From IMG/VR virus record IMGVR_UViG_3300008261_000125, positions 1 through 64,000 of that record: a stretch of DNA of 64,000 nt. One strand, given 5' to 3'. Shown piece after piece: positions 1 to 9,649 of this stretch (within the stretch, counting starts at the first letter, position 1; every line of letters starts with the position of its first letter). The notes beneath the pieces are model-generated. The model made no database searches. It was not told the origin of the DNA and saw only the letters and a program-made list of their open reading frames with translations. The position numbers and the translations under genes were made by a program. This DNA is from a virus.

Positions 1-34
1 CAGAAATTATCCCTAATTTTGATGAAAAATAAAA

Positions 35-247
35 ATGGTAGCTATTCATGAATTACAGCAAATAATGTGGGTTACAACACCTCATGGTGATGGACAAGTG
101 TTATTCCTTATGGACTATGGAGTTCATGAAAACACAATATTTGTTGTAGCACTTGAAGAGACAGGTATAATTAAACATTACAATAGTAATGATGTAAGGT
201 TATGTAAAAACAATACAATAAAAATGAATATTGATGAAAACACTTGA
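35..247 (+). CDS. hypothetical protein
   Basis: 70-aa ORF with an A-rich leader, overlapping the next gene; TAATTTTG at 14-21 upstream. Confidence 0.7.
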   Translation: MVAIHELQQIMWVTTPHGDGQVLFLMDYGVHENTIFVVALEETGIIKHYNSNDVRLCKNNTIKMNIDENT

Positions 248-557
248 AGAAATAGAAAACTTAATGTCTGATAAAAAATACACAGAGGAAGAGATGTTAT
301 TTATTTTTATGCAAGGAGCAGCCAAATTTGAGGAAAATAAAGATGTTGAAAATCTATCTAAAAACTTTAAACAGCTTATTAAAATTCTTGATTTGGCAAG
401 GCTTAAAATGTTAGTTATAGCTGAAAATGAATATACAGAAACAGATATAATAAATGCTATACATAATGTAGAATTAAAAGATAATAAAACTTCCTTTGAA
501 ATTTATAAAGGTATGAAAGAGTATTTGCACTCATTAAAAAAAGATGAAAAAAACTAA
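231..557 (+). CDS. hypothetical protein
   Basis: 108-aa ORF in a tight operon; internal repeat KYTEEEM / EYTETDI. Confidence 0.7.
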   Translation: MMKTLEEIENLMSDKKYTEEEMLFIFMQGAAKFEENKDVENLSKNFKQLIKILDLARLKMLVIAENEYTETDIINAIHNVELKDNKTSFEIYKGMKEYLHSLKKDEKN

Positions 558-1553
558 AGATCAAATACAAGAAGAAGCATTAACTGCTCTTAAATATGTA
601 AAAAGAGGAAGCATTGGAGTATCTGTTGGAGTTGGTAAAACCCTCATTGGATTAAAACATATGGCAAGTATGTATAATGATAGTTCATTCTTTTTAGTTA
701 TATTACTTTTAGTACTTATCTATCTCTTAATAAACAAGATTTGGACTATGATGCAGTGTATTTAGATGAGGCACATTCTATATTAGATTCTCATGATAAT
801 TGGTTGACTTGTTATAAAAACCACTTAATAGGACTAACAGGTACACCTCCTAAATACTCTACATCTCAGAAAGGAAAGCTCTTTAACAAACATATACCAA
901 TTGTATACAAGTATATTACAGATAAAGCAGTTAATGACAAAATTTTAAACGACTATGAAATCTTAATTCACAAGGTTAAACTAAACACAAAACAAAACAT
1001 AAAAGCAGGGAAAAGCCCCAAGCTATTCTACACATCAGAACATGCTAATTACCATTACTGGACTAATAGATGCAACTCAGCAACTTCTCCTAAAGAGCAA
1101 CAGATTGTGAGAATCATGAGAATGAAGGCATTAATGAGTTTTAAATCTAAAGAAGATCATGCTAAAAGGCTATTAGACTCTATAGATGATAAGGTTATAT
1201 TGTTTGCTAACACTCATGAACAAGCAGATAGTTTTGATATAGAAAGTTATCATAGTAAAAATATCAATTCTAAATATAATCTTGAGGATTTTAAGAAAGG
1301 TACAATTAATAAACTCTCTTGTGTATTACAATTAAGTGAGGGTATTAATATTCCTAATTTAAAACAAGGTATTATAATGCATGCTTATTCTGGTGGTAGT
1401 GCTAAGAGTCAACAAAGATTTGGTAGGTTGCTAAGGTTAAACCCTGATGAAAAATGTACTTTGCACATATTGTGTTATGAAAATACAATTGATGAACAAT
1501 GGGTTGCAAGTTGTTTAGAAGATCTAGATCAATCTAAAATTAAATGGTTATAA
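544..1553 (+). pseudogene. SF2 (DEAH) helicase split by a frameshift/deletion near 700
   Basis: ORF 544-765 has Walker A GVGKT. ORF 741-1553 has YLDEAH, LTGTP, EGINIPNL and QRFGRLLR. The second frame is open from 684 (ITFSTYLSLNKQDLDYD). No motif Ia lies between them. Confidence 0.8.
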
Positions 1554-1556
1554 ATT

Positions 1557-1874
1557 ATGACAAAACAATCAATAAAATCAGTGGATGTAATTGGAATTAA
1601 CATGATGATAGCTCATGTCAGATGTGTATCAGAACTAATTCATAATCTTCCTGAACATAAATATGAATTTAAAGCTTACTTTAAAGAATTATTTACAGTA
1701 GTAAAGAAATATGAAAAAGCTCTTAATACCATGACTGATTATGAAAAAGACCCAGGCTCAAGAGAGCAGCAGGAGCAAATATATGATGACTTAATGGATG
1801 TTACATATCAAATTAGAGAAATTATATTAAACAAACAAAAAGAAGAAGATGGAAGTAATGGATCCGGAAATTGA
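1557..1874 (+). CDS. hypothetical protein
   Basis: 105-aa helical ORF in the operon. Confidence 0.7.
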   Translation: MTKQSIKSVDVIGINMMIAHVRCVSELIHNLPEHKYEFKAYFKELFTVVKKYEKALNTMTDYEKDPGSREQQEQIYDDLMDVTYQIREIILNKQKEEDGSNGSGN

Positions 1875-2133
1875 TGTTCAGTTAGACTCTGAAATCAAAG
1901 AAATGATTGAACCACAAAGAGTAATTATGTTGTACAATGATGAAGTAAATACATTTGAACATGTAATAGAGTGTTTAATGAGCTATTGTAGTCACTCAGT
2001 AGAGCAAGCAACACAAATAAGTCTGATTGTCCACCATAATGGTAAGTGTGATATAAAACATGGTAGTTTTAAAACACTAGAGCCTATTTACCAAACTTTA
2101 TTAGAAAAGCAATTATCTGTAAAAATTAATTAA
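1849..2133 (+). CDS. clpS: ATP-dependent Clp protease adaptor ClpS
   Basis: VIMLYNDEVNTFEHVIECL...QATQISLIVHHNGKCDIK matches the ClpS signature (LxND, VHxxG). Confidence 0.9.
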   Translation: MEVMDPEIDVQLDSEIKEMIEPQRVIMLYNDEVNTFEHVIECLMSYCSHSVEQATQISLIVHHNGKCDIKHGSFKTLEPIYQTLLEKQLSVKIN

Positions 2134-2142
2134 TTTAGTGCT

Positions 2143-2391
2143 ATGATGACAAAACAAGAAGAATTGACTTTAATGCAAAATTCTCATTTGAGACCATTAA
2201 CAACTAATGTTAAAAACTTAAAACCTATTACTTGGTTAAATACATGGGATTACAAAAGTACACTACATGATGTTACATTTAAGACCACAACTCCACCACC
2301 AGTAGTTAATTCATTAATTAGTTCTGAAACTGTAGACTTAAGACCATTAAAAAATACTACATTCTACAAAATTAAAATTAAAAGAAATTAA
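2143..2391 (+). CDS. hypothetical protein with LRPL/LKPI repeats
   Basis: 82-aa ORF; LRPLTTN, LKPITW, LRPLKNT. Confidence 0.55.
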   Translation: MMTKQEELTLMQNSHLRPLTTNVKNLKPITWLNTWDYKSTLHDVTFKTTTPPPVVNSLISSETVDLRPLKNTTFYKIKIKRN

Positions 2392-2399
2392 TATATTTG
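2392..2399 (+). promoter_or_regulatory. Bacteroidota-type -7 promoter element (TATATTTG) 3 nt before an ATG
   Basis: Matches TAnnTTTG; ATG at 2403. Confidence 0.55.
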
Positions 2400-2402
2400 T
2401 GT

Positions 2403-2708
2403 ATGCCAGTTACAGCCTTAAAAATAGGAGAAGTCAAAATAAAGTTTATGACAACTCCAACTCAATATGTTCAGAAAGAAGATGAATATAAAGACTTTAC
2501 AAAAGTTGAAGTGTGTGTATGTAATGAAGAGTTTATACCTATTGGTACACCTTCAGTAAGTATCCATGAAGACCCTGAATCAAAGTTTCATGCTGATTTA
2601 AGATTAGAATCTTCTAAATACAATCATTTTATTCCTGAAGAATCAACCAATCCAGAATGGAATCCTGGATATAAAGAAGAAGAAAATGGAAGTGAAAGTA
2701 CCCTTTGA
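2403..2708 (+). CDS. hypothetical protein
   Basis: ORF 2397-2708; ATG 2403 preferred over the TTG start. Confidence 0.7.
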   Translation: MPVTALKIGEVKIKFMTTPTQYVQKEDEYKDFTKVEVCVCNEEFIPIGTPSVSIHEDPESKFHADLRLESSKYNHFIPEESTNPEWNPGYKEEENGSESTL

Positions 2709-3003
2709 AGTTACATGTGTAGATGCTAAAAACAAGCCTAATGATATTCCTAACAGTAAATGGTTAGTAGAAGGTCAGAAATACACAGTAGTTAAAGTTG
2801 CTAAGTTATTAATACAGGGAGGTATGATCGGTTTCAAATTAGAAGAAATCAATATTGATGATTACTTTCCTTACCAATTCTTTGCAGCCAATAGGTTTTC
2901 CATTCCATTAAATGATGCTTGGAACATAGAAGAAGAACTAGAAAGATTGTTAGAAGAAGCTAAACAAGAACATAGAGAATTAGAAATTGAGTATACTAAA
3001 TAA
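2686..3003 (+). CDS. hypothetical protein (small beta-barrel-like)
   Basis: 105-aa ORF, VTCVD...LVEGQKYTV pattern. Confidence 0.7.
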   Translation: MEVKVPFEVTCVDAKNKPNDIPNSKWLVEGQKYTVVKVAKLLIQGGMIGFKLEEINIDDYFPYQFFAANRFSIPLNDAWNIEEELERLLEEAKQEHRELEIEYTK

Positions 3004-3017
3004 TTAAACTAAAAATT

Positions 3018-3167
3018 ATGTCACAACCAACAACCCCTCAAAACCAACCTCAATCTCAACCAGTAAAAGGTGGTGAATTATTTAAAAAAACAGCTGAAGA
3101 AAGAAAAGCAGTTAAAGCAGCTATCTCCTTTTGGAAAAGATCACAAAGAACCAATAATGCAAAATAA
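3018..3167 (+). CDS. 49-aa small protein missing from the ORF track
   Basis: ATG after the A-rich leader aaactaaaaatt; MSQPTTPQNQPQSQPVKGGELFKKTAEERKAVKAAISFWKRSQRTNNAK; stop overlaps the next gene. Confidence 0.65.
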   Translation: MSQPTTPQNQPQSQPVKGGELFKKTAEERKAVKAAISFWKRSQRTNNAK

Positions 3168-3564
3168 AACAGACAACATGTTTACCTCTTCTTTAAAGAA
3201 AGAAAATGGTAAACTTGTCTATTTTAAACCTAGTGATAATCAGTTATATAAATTATTTGTAGATAGTCTTGCAGAAGGACAAACTGTAGAAGTATTTTTT
3301 GATGCCAATATTGATGATGGTACATTAGCCCAGCTGGCTAAAATTCATAAATGTATAAGAGAAATAGCAAAAGAAACAGGAGCAGGCTTTGAAGAAACTA
3401 AGAGATTAGTTACTAAAAAAGCAGGCTTATGTTTTGAAAAAGAAATAGATGGAGAGACAAAAGAATACTATAAATCTTTTAGTATTGCTTCTAAATCTGA
3501 ATTAAGTTCTGTAATAGAAACTATTATGGAAATATCAGATTTATTAGGAATTAATCTTTTTTAA
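3157..3564 (+). CDS. NinB/YbcN-like recombination protein
   Basis: TLAQLAKIHKCIREIAKETG...FEETK...SKSELSSVIETI resembles the NinB family; ATG 3157 chosen over GTG 3070. Confidence 0.55.
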   Translation: MQNKTDNMFTSSLKKENGKLVYFKPSDNQLYKLFVDSLAEGQTVEVFFDANIDDGTLAQLAKIHKCIREIAKETGAGFEETKRLVTKKAGLCFEKEIDGETKEYYKSFSIASKSELSSVIETIMEISDLLGINLF

Positions 3565-3853
3565 ACTCTTCCTCAGAAGGTAATTCATATTCTTCCTCAA
3601 CAGTTTTGTTTTGCTTTTCAGCTGAAGTTTCAATTTCATAAAGCAAAATTAATAAGTTGTACATGTTTTGATCTTGTAGATTCTCTGCTGGTTTTTGATT
3701 TTTAAAATTATCTAATAATTTTCTATAATCTTCCAATGGAGATTCTTGAGCTAATCCTAAACATGTGTTGCGTAATACTTTGTAAAATGCACCAGATACT
3801 TGAATATCAATAATTGCTGAATCTTGTATTGTTTTTAATTTAATTTTTTCCAT
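3551..3853 (-). CDS. hypothetical protein (only - strand gene in the early block)
   Basis: 100-aa ORF filling the gap between + genes, with its own TATATTTG element. Confidence 0.75.
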   Translation of the reverse strand: MEKIKLKTIQDSAIIDIQVSGAFYKVLRNTCLGLAQESPLEDYRKLLDNFKNQKPAENLQDQNMYNLLILLYEIETSAEKQNKTVEEEYELPSEEEFKKD

Positions 3854-3857
3854 GCAT

Positions 3858-3865
3858 CAAATATA
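3858..3865 (-). promoter_or_regulatory. Bacteroidota-type -7 element (TATATTTG) 4 nt before ATG 3853
   Basis: Reverse complement of caaatata matches TAnnTTTG. Confidence 0.55.
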
Positions 3866-3878
3866 CAAATAATATAAT

Positions 3879-4595
3879 ATGAATAAATTAGATGAAGTAG
3901 ACTTAGAAGAAGTTAAAACAAAACTGTATAATAACCTGAAAGAATCAGGATGGGGAGATAAGCTTAAAACTTTCCTACTAAGCAATGACTTTCATGTAGT
4001 ATTGGAAACATTACTTAATGAGGCTAGAGCAGGTAAAAGGTTTACCCCTGTAGCAAAACAAATATTTAGAGCATTCCAAGAATGTCCCTATGATAAATTA
4101 AAAGTAGTAATAATAGGTCAAGATCCTTACCCTCAGCCATATGTAGCTGATGGTATATCATTCTCATGTAGTAATACTAATAGAGCAGAAGCATCATTAA
4201 GGTATATGTTCAAAGCTATAGAGGATAACATCTACAAGGATGGGTATAACTGGGATCCAGATTTAGCAAGATGGTCTAACCAAGGAATGTTATTGATTAA
4301 TTGTGCATTTACAACTAACATTCACAAAGTTGGAGCACATTATGAATTATGGAAACCTTTTCTATCCTTCTTATTAGATCATCTCTCTACTACTAATAAT
4401 GGACTTATATATGTATTCTTAGGAAAAAAAGCTCAAGAATGGGCTGACCATGTATCAGATAGTAATTTTAAAATATTTGCCAGTCATCCTGCATCAGCTG
4501 CTTATAAAGAGCAACAAAAGTGGGATGGAGAGAACATATTTGCTGATATAAGTCAGTTAGTTCATAAACAATACAATGAAAAAATCATATGGTAA
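3879..4595 (+). CDS. ung: uracil-DNA glycosylase (family 1)
   Basis: KVVIIGQDPYP, GISFS, QGMLLIN and SHPAS motifs. Confidence 0.93.
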   Translation: MNKLDEVDLEEVKTKLYNNLKESGWGDKLKTFLLSNDFHVVLETLLNEARAGKRFTPVAKQIFRAFQECPYDKLKVVIIGQDPYPQPYVADGISFSCSNTNRAEASLRYMFKAIEDNIYKDGYNWDPDLARWSNQGMLLINCAFTTNIHKVGAHYELWKPFLSFLLDHLSTTNNGLIYVFLGKKAQEWADHVSDSNFKIFASHPASAAYKEQQKWDGENIFADISQLVHKQYNEKIIW

Positions 4596-5074
4596 ATGAA
4601 AGATTAGTAAAAATTAAAGAAGATGCTAGATATGATGTAGCTAAATTTTCCAAAGAGTTTAATAATAAGTATGGAGTATATCCTGTAGTGATGTATAAGA
4701 TTGTTAATGACAATCAAAACCTTAAAATTGTCCCTATTGATAAAGTTGAGAAGATTGTTGATAGATTAATTAAAGATTATTATGGTGAAAATTATTCAAT
4801 CTGGTTGAGAAAAAGATATAAGTTTCTTATGGAATATAAACAGGTGATGTTTAAAATTTTATATGATATGGGTTATACTTATTCAGTATTAAGTAAGTAC
4901 TTTAAGTATGCACATTGTACTATATTGTATTCTAATAACACAGTGAATGGTTATATTAAAATTAAAGATGAAAAAATAATTAACATTTATAATCAAATAT
5001 TATATGAAATCAACAAAGAATCTGGGACTTTTGACATTATTCAATGGGATGACCCAGGAAAAACTAACCCCTAA
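4589..5074 (+). CDS. putative HTH DNA-binding protein (DnaA C-terminal-like)
   Basis: MGYTYSVLSKYFKYAHCTILYS resembles the DnaA domain IV HTH (DHTTV.HA-like). Confidence 0.45.
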   Translation: MVNERLVKIKEDARYDVAKFSKEFNNKYGVYPVVMYKIVNDNQNLKIVPIDKVEKIVDRLIKDYYGENYSIWLRKRYKFLMEYKQVMFKILYDMGYTYSVLSKYFKYAHCTILYSNNTVNGYIKIKDEKIINIYNQILYEINKESGTFDIIQWDDPGKTNP

Positions 5075-5624
5075 CCAATTCTATCTTCTTTATTGTATGA
5101 AGACTGGGATATCTCCTACTGATATAAACATACATGTAGAATTAAGAGAACTAATTAATTCTGAATGGGTAAATAAAGTAGTAGATGAATATGTTCTTAC
5201 ACCAAAGAGTATTGCTATTGTTAACAAAATTGAATCCTATTTTAATACACAGCATAAGAAATCTAATAATGCTTTAATGGGAGAAGGTTTTGAAGAGAAT
5301 GCTCAGAAGTATAATGAACTATTTCCTAAGAGAAAACTTGGTAGTGGTAAGCCTGCAAGATCTCATATTAAGAACATTGTCACTGCTTTTAAATGGTTCT
5401 TTGAGAATTATGATTATTCATGGGATGTTATTCTTCATGCAACAGAGTTATATTTGGAAAAAGAAGAAGAAACTGGGTATAAATACACAAGAACATCACA
5501 GTATTTTATTAAAAAGCAAGATGTATCTGATAAAAGTATTAACTCAGAGCTGGCTAATTTTTGTCAATTATCTATTGATGGTGAAGAATTTGAGAAACCA
5601 CAATTTACAGAAAAAGTGTTTTAA
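5004..5624 (+). CDS. putative replication initiator/helicase loader-like protein
   Basis: wHTH-like N-terminus (LTPNQFYLL...LRELINSEWV...YVLT); directly upstream of DnaB. Confidence 0.4.
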   Translation: MKSTKNLGLLTLFNGMTQEKLTPNQFYLLYCMKTGISPTDINIHVELRELINSEWVNKVVDEYVLTPKSIAIVNKIESYFNTQHKKSNNALMGEGFEENAQKYNELFPKRKLGSGKPARSHIKNIVTAFKWFFENYDYSWDVILHATELYLEKEEETGYKYTRTSQYFIKKQDVSDKSINSELANFCQLSIDGEEFEKPQFTEKVF

Positions 5625-5627
5625 TGA

Positions 5628-5659
5628 TTTGTATGTAAACTGCTTTTTTTGTAAGTTTG
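5628..5659 (+). promoter_or_regulatory. Bacteroidota housekeeping-sigma promoter TTTG-N20-TAAGTTTG
   Basis: TTTG 5628-5631 and TAAGTTTG 5652-5659 at canonical spacing, upstream of dnaB. Confidence 0.7.
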
Positions 5660-5693
5660 GTATAGTTTAACCAACAAACCAACAATCCTACAC

Positions 5694-6683
5694 ATGACTA
5701 ACACTAAGTGGAAGACTCAAAGAGAGGCCTTCATAGAATCCTTATCTTATCTAGATGATAGGAGAAAAGGTAAGATTACAAGTTTAAAAACACCTTGGCA
5801 AGCCTTTAACAATGCAACTACTAATGGTATAGAATGGCACAGTACAACTGTTATTGGTGCTAGACCTGCTACTGGTAAGACAGCTGTTAAGAACTTGCTT
5901 GTTAATGGTGCTTTTAAACATAATCCAACAACTGACTTTAGAGTACTAGAGTTTCAATTTGAAATGGTAGGTAAAGTATCAGCAATCAGAGAGTATGTAA
6001 CTCATACAGAATTAAGTTACAAAGCTTTATGTAGTGCTGAAAATCCTTTAGATGATGATAATTTTGAGAAATGTAGAGTCTATGCTAAAGAGAAAATAAA
6101 GTTTCCTATAGACATTATAGAGGAGCCTTGTAATATTCTTGAATTTCAACAGATTATACATGATTATATGGCAATGCACATGTATACTGATAGTAATGGT
6201 GATAAGAAATATAGAAACACTGTTATTACATTGGATCATTCAATCTTATTAAAGAGAGCACCTTTTGAAAGAGATGTTTATGAAACATTATACTCTTTAG
6301 GAGAAGCAGTCACATTTCTTAAAAGAAAATATCCTATTGCTTTCATCATCCTCAGCCAGCTTAATAGAAATATTGATGCTCCAGAGAGGAATGAAGATGG
6401 TAAATATGGTAATTACATTTTAGAGTCAGACATATTTGGTTCAGATGCTTTACTCCAACATGCAGACACAGTAATTGGTCTTAATAGACCAGGTAAACAG
6501 AAAATAAACTATTATGGTGTAGATAGATATATTATCAACAAAGACCCTTTCATTTTAGTAATGCACTTTCTAAAGTCTAGAAATGGTGAAACAGGACTAG
6601 GTTTCTTTAGAACTGAATTTCACAAAATGAATATTGTTGAAATAGATGCACCACCAACACAAGAAAGAAGATTAAAAATATAA
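5694..6683 (+). CDS. dnaB: DnaB-like replicative helicase
   Basis: GARPATGKT, FEM, TLDH, ILSQLNR, SDALLQHAD and KSRNG motifs. Confidence 0.92.
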   Translation: MTNTKWKTQREAFIESLSYLDDRRKGKITSLKTPWQAFNNATTNGIEWHSTTVIGARPATGKTAVKNLLVNGAFKHNPTTDFRVLEFQFEMVGKVSAIREYVTHTELSYKALCSAENPLDDDNFEKCRVYAKEKIKFPIDIIEEPCNILEFQQIIHDYMAMHMYTDSNGDKKYRNTVITLDHSILLKRAPFERDVYETLYSLGEAVTFLKRKYPIAFIILSQLNRNIDAPERNEDGKYGNYILESDIFGSDALLQHADTVIGLNRPGKQKINYYGVDRYIINKDPFILVMHFLKSRNGETGLGFFRTEFHKMNIVEIDAPPTQERRLKI

Positions 6684-6685
6684 TT

Positions 6686-7240
6686 ATGGGAATATCAACA
6701 GTAGACAAAGGAAAAGAAACAGTAGTAGACAAAAAAGAAAATTTAAAGAAACTAAGAGAGTTTCACAAAGCAACATTAGATAGAATAGGAGTACCTGTTG
6801 AATATCTTACTGGTAAAATGGCTTATAGACCATATGGTAGAGCAGAAGTTTATGTTAGTTTCTTTGACAATGAAATTAACAAAGGTCATGACATCTTTTT
6901 AGAATTTACTAATAGAGATTATATACCTGAAGATGTAAACAGAGTATTATACATGTGGAAATTTAATCCTCACTTTGAGGAAGAGTATGAAAAAACAGAA
7001 TCAGCAACTGGTACAACTAGTCCTAGATATTTGATTCCTGTTGATGAATTAGTAGTGATAAAAAACTATGGTGACAAGAGTGAACCAGAAAAATCACAGA
7101 AAGAATTAAGTTTTGATCTACCTGATCCTAGTATTGATCCTCCTATTAATGAGTTAAGTATTAGAGATTTGGCAGCTATTCTCTTAAACAAGCCAGTAAG
7201 TAATAAACAATGGTTAAATGAATTAATTAAACAAAAATGA
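6686..7240 (+). CDS. hypothetical replication-module protein
   Basis: 184-aa ORF between the helicase and the annealing protein. Confidence 0.75.
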   Translation: MGISTVDKGKETVVDKKENLKKLREFHKATLDRIGVPVEYLTGKMAYRPYGRAEVYVSFFDNEINKGHDIFLEFTNRDYIPEDVNRVLYMWKFNPHFEEEYEKTESATGTTSPRYLIPVDELVVIKNYGDKSEPEKSQKELSFDLPDPSIDPPINELSIRDLAAILLNKPVSNKQWLNELIKQK

Positions 7241-7869
7241 TGGACAATACACCAGTACAACAAGGAGAAGAACTAAAACAATTTCTACAAACATTAATTG
7301 ATTCAAAACAATTACCAGGTCATGTAAGAACTATAGAGCAGGCATTTACTATTGCTCAAATGGGTAAAGAGTTAGGTTTTCCTACAATGCAGGCTTTTCA
7401 TTACATTATTCCTATTCAAGGTAAACTAAGTCTAAGTGCTAAAGCAGTAGGTGCATTATTGAGAAAAGGTAATATAAAATATATTACTAAAGAAGATGGT
7501 GTATTTGCATATCCAGATGGTAGTACAGAACAATTTGCAATAAAGAAACCTGATGGTTCAACTCCATTAGATAGAAGAACTACAATAGAATTTTACAGAG
7601 ATGGTTTAGTAGAATCTTGTTCTTTTACATGGAAAGATGCAGAAGGTCAAGGGTTAACTACTAAAGACAATTGGAAAAGAATGCCTAAAGAAATGCTTTT
7701 TGCTAGATGTTTAGCAAAGGGTGCTAATAGGATTGGTCCAGATGTGCTACTAGGTCTTTATACAGCAGAAGAAATGGCTGATACATTCTTAAGAGAATCA
7801 GATGTAAGAAGAAATGATGATGGTACTATAGCAGAAGTAATAAACATAACAGCAACAGAAGTAAAATAA
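7237..7869 (+). CDS. RecT/Redbeta-like single-strand annealing protein
   Basis: GKELG..MQA, IQGK.SLSA, NWKRMPKEML.AR and GLYTAEEM motifs. Confidence 0.75.
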   Translation: MMDNTPVQQGEELKQFLQTLIDSKQLPGHVRTIEQAFTIAQMGKELGFPTMQAFHYIIPIQGKLSLSAKAVGALLRKGNIKYITKEDGVFAYPDGSTEQFAIKKPDGSTPLDRRTTIEFYRDGLVESCSFTWKDAEGQGLTTKDNWKRMPKEMLFARCLAKGANRIGPDVLLGLYTAEEMADTFLRESDVRRNDDGTIAEVINITATEVK

Positions 7870-7904
7870 CTCAATAAATAAATAAACAAATAAAAACAAT
7901 AACT

Positions 7905-8618
7905 ATGAGCAAATTAGGAACAAAAAATGTAACAACAGGTGAAGGTTCAGTACAAAAAACATTAGAACCAGGAAACACAATAGCAAAAATTAATGGTATT
8001 TATTTAGAAGAAGCTAAATTTAAAGAAGGAGCATATAATGTAATATTATCTTTAGAAGGTGAAGACTTAGGAACTGCATTTGAAGGATTCTATATTAATA
8101 AAGATCAGCCAGAATTAGGAAGATTTAAAGGTAGAGTGGCTAATATTAAAGCTACATTATGGCCATTTGCTGATGGTATAACTAAATCAGGTGTAGAAAT
8201 TAGCCGTGACATGGAGATATTGAAAGTTATCAAACAGATTTGTGTTGGTACTGAAACTACTGAATGGTTTAATGCTCAAGATGAAAAGCATGATACAATT
8301 GAGCAATTAGTTGATGCTTTCAATAAAGAGAAACCATTTGCTAATTTATTCTATAATTTCTGTATTGCAGGTAAAGAATATAAAAACAAAGGTGGTTATA
8401 CTGCTTATGATTTATTCTTACCTAAGTTTACAAAAGATGCTTCTCCTATAGAGGTTTTAGCTCCAGCATCAAGCAAACTTTTAAAGTTTAATAGTGAAGA
8501 GCATATTGTTAAGAAAAAAGTTGAAGCTGTAACATCATTTGCACCAACAGCTGGTGATGCTTTTGCTACTACTCAATCAGATTTTATTACTGAAAGTGGT
8601 GCAGACTTTGATCTTTAA
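7905..8618 (+). CDS. putative ssDNA-binding protein
   Basis: Lies between the annealing protein and primase; flexible acidic tail ending ESGADFDL. Confidence 0.6.
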   Translation: MSKLGTKNVTTGEGSVQKTLEPGNTIAKINGIYLEEAKFKEGAYNVILSLEGEDLGTAFEGFYINKDQPELGRFKGRVANIKATLWPFADGITKSGVEISRDMEILKVIKQICVGTETTEWFNAQDEKHDTIEQLVDAFNKEKPFANLFYNFCIAGKEYKNKGGYTAYDLFLPKFTKDASPIEVLAPASSKLLKFNSEEHIVKKKVEAVTSFAPTAGDAFATTQSDFITESGADFDL

Positions 8619-8633
8619 TTATCAAATCAGTAG

Positions 8634-8655
8634 AGGGGAGGTAACTCCCCTTTTT
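8634..8655 (+). terminator. rho-independent terminator
   Basis: AGGGGAG-GTAA-CTCCCCT hairpin followed by a T run. Confidence 0.85.
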
Positions 8656-8668
8656 ATACAAAATAAAT

Positions 8669-9649
8669 ATGCTCAGAATAAAATCAATAATAACAGATAT
8701 TAGAGATATACCTAAAGAGTGGGTATATGAGTTTTATTTAGAACTTCCTGAAAAGTTAACAGGACAGGACTTAAAGATTAAATCAATATTTAATCCACAT
8801 GATAAAACTCCTTCTATGTATATTTATTACTCTAATGCTCAATATTATAAGTTTAAAGATTTCTCAACTGGTAAAGCTGGTGATCCTCTTGAACTTGTAT
8901 GTTTATTGTTTAATATAAAAACAAGAAGTGAAGCAGCTTTAAAAGTTATAAATGACTATAACAAGTACATAAGCATTCACGGTGTTGGAGAGTCTGCAGA
9001 AATTAAAGCTAAAACCAGATATCATATGACTGGTTATAACTTAAGATCTTGGACAAACATTGATCAAAATTATTGGACTAAGTTTAATATAGGCTCTGAA
9101 ATGTTAGAAGCTTATAATGTTAAACCATTTGCAAATTATACACTAGAGAAAGATGAAGATGGGCAATTAAAACAAATTGTAATATCTAATAATAGCATTT
9201 ATGGATTTTTTAGAAAAGATGGTAAGTTATATAAGATTTATCAACCATTTGTAAAAGACTATAAGTTTATTAAAGTTGCAGATTATACTCAAGGATTAGA
9301 CCAGTTAACACTGCAAAAGCCTTATTTAATAATATGCAGTTCACTAAAAGATATTATGTCTTTCAATTCTCTAGGTTACAACAATGCTGAAGCAATAGCT
9401 CCAGACAGTGAAAATTCTATAATACCTGAAACAACTATAATAGCACTCAAACATAAGTATAAAAAGATTTGTACTTTGTTTGATAATGATCCTGCAGGAA
9501 TAGAATCTATGAGTAAATACAGTAGTAAATATGAAATACCAAGTGTATTGCTACCTCTCTCTAAAGATTTATCAGACTCAGTAAGAGATCATGGTGCTCC
9601 AAAAGTAAGACATGTATTAACTCCTTTATTAAAAGAAAAACTAAAATGA
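8669..9649 (+). CDS. DNA primase (Toprim)
   Basis: DKTPS, FKDFSTG, SSLKD, LFDND.AG and KDLSD motifs. Confidence 0.85.
   Translation: MLRIKSIITDIRDIPKEWVYEFYLELPEKLTGQDLKIKSIFNPHDKTPSMYIYYSNAQYYKFKDFSTGKAGDPLELVCLLFNIKTRSEAALKVINDYNKYISIHGVGESAEIKAKTRYHMTGYNLRSWTNIDQNYWTKFNIGSEMLEAYNVKPFANYTLEKDEDGQLKQIVISNNSIYGFFRKDGKLYKIYQPFVKDYKFIKVADYTQGLDQLTLQKPYLIICSSLKDIMSFNSLGYNNAEAIAPDSENSIIPETTIIALKHKYKKICTLFDNDPAGIESMSKYSSKYEIPSVLLPLSKDLSDSVRDHGAPKVRHVLTPLLKEKLK

Noticed and set aside
688-699. Programmed -1 frameshift at C TTT TTA in the helicase
   Set aside because: Imperfect slippery site, and the product would still lack motif Ia; a deletion fits better.
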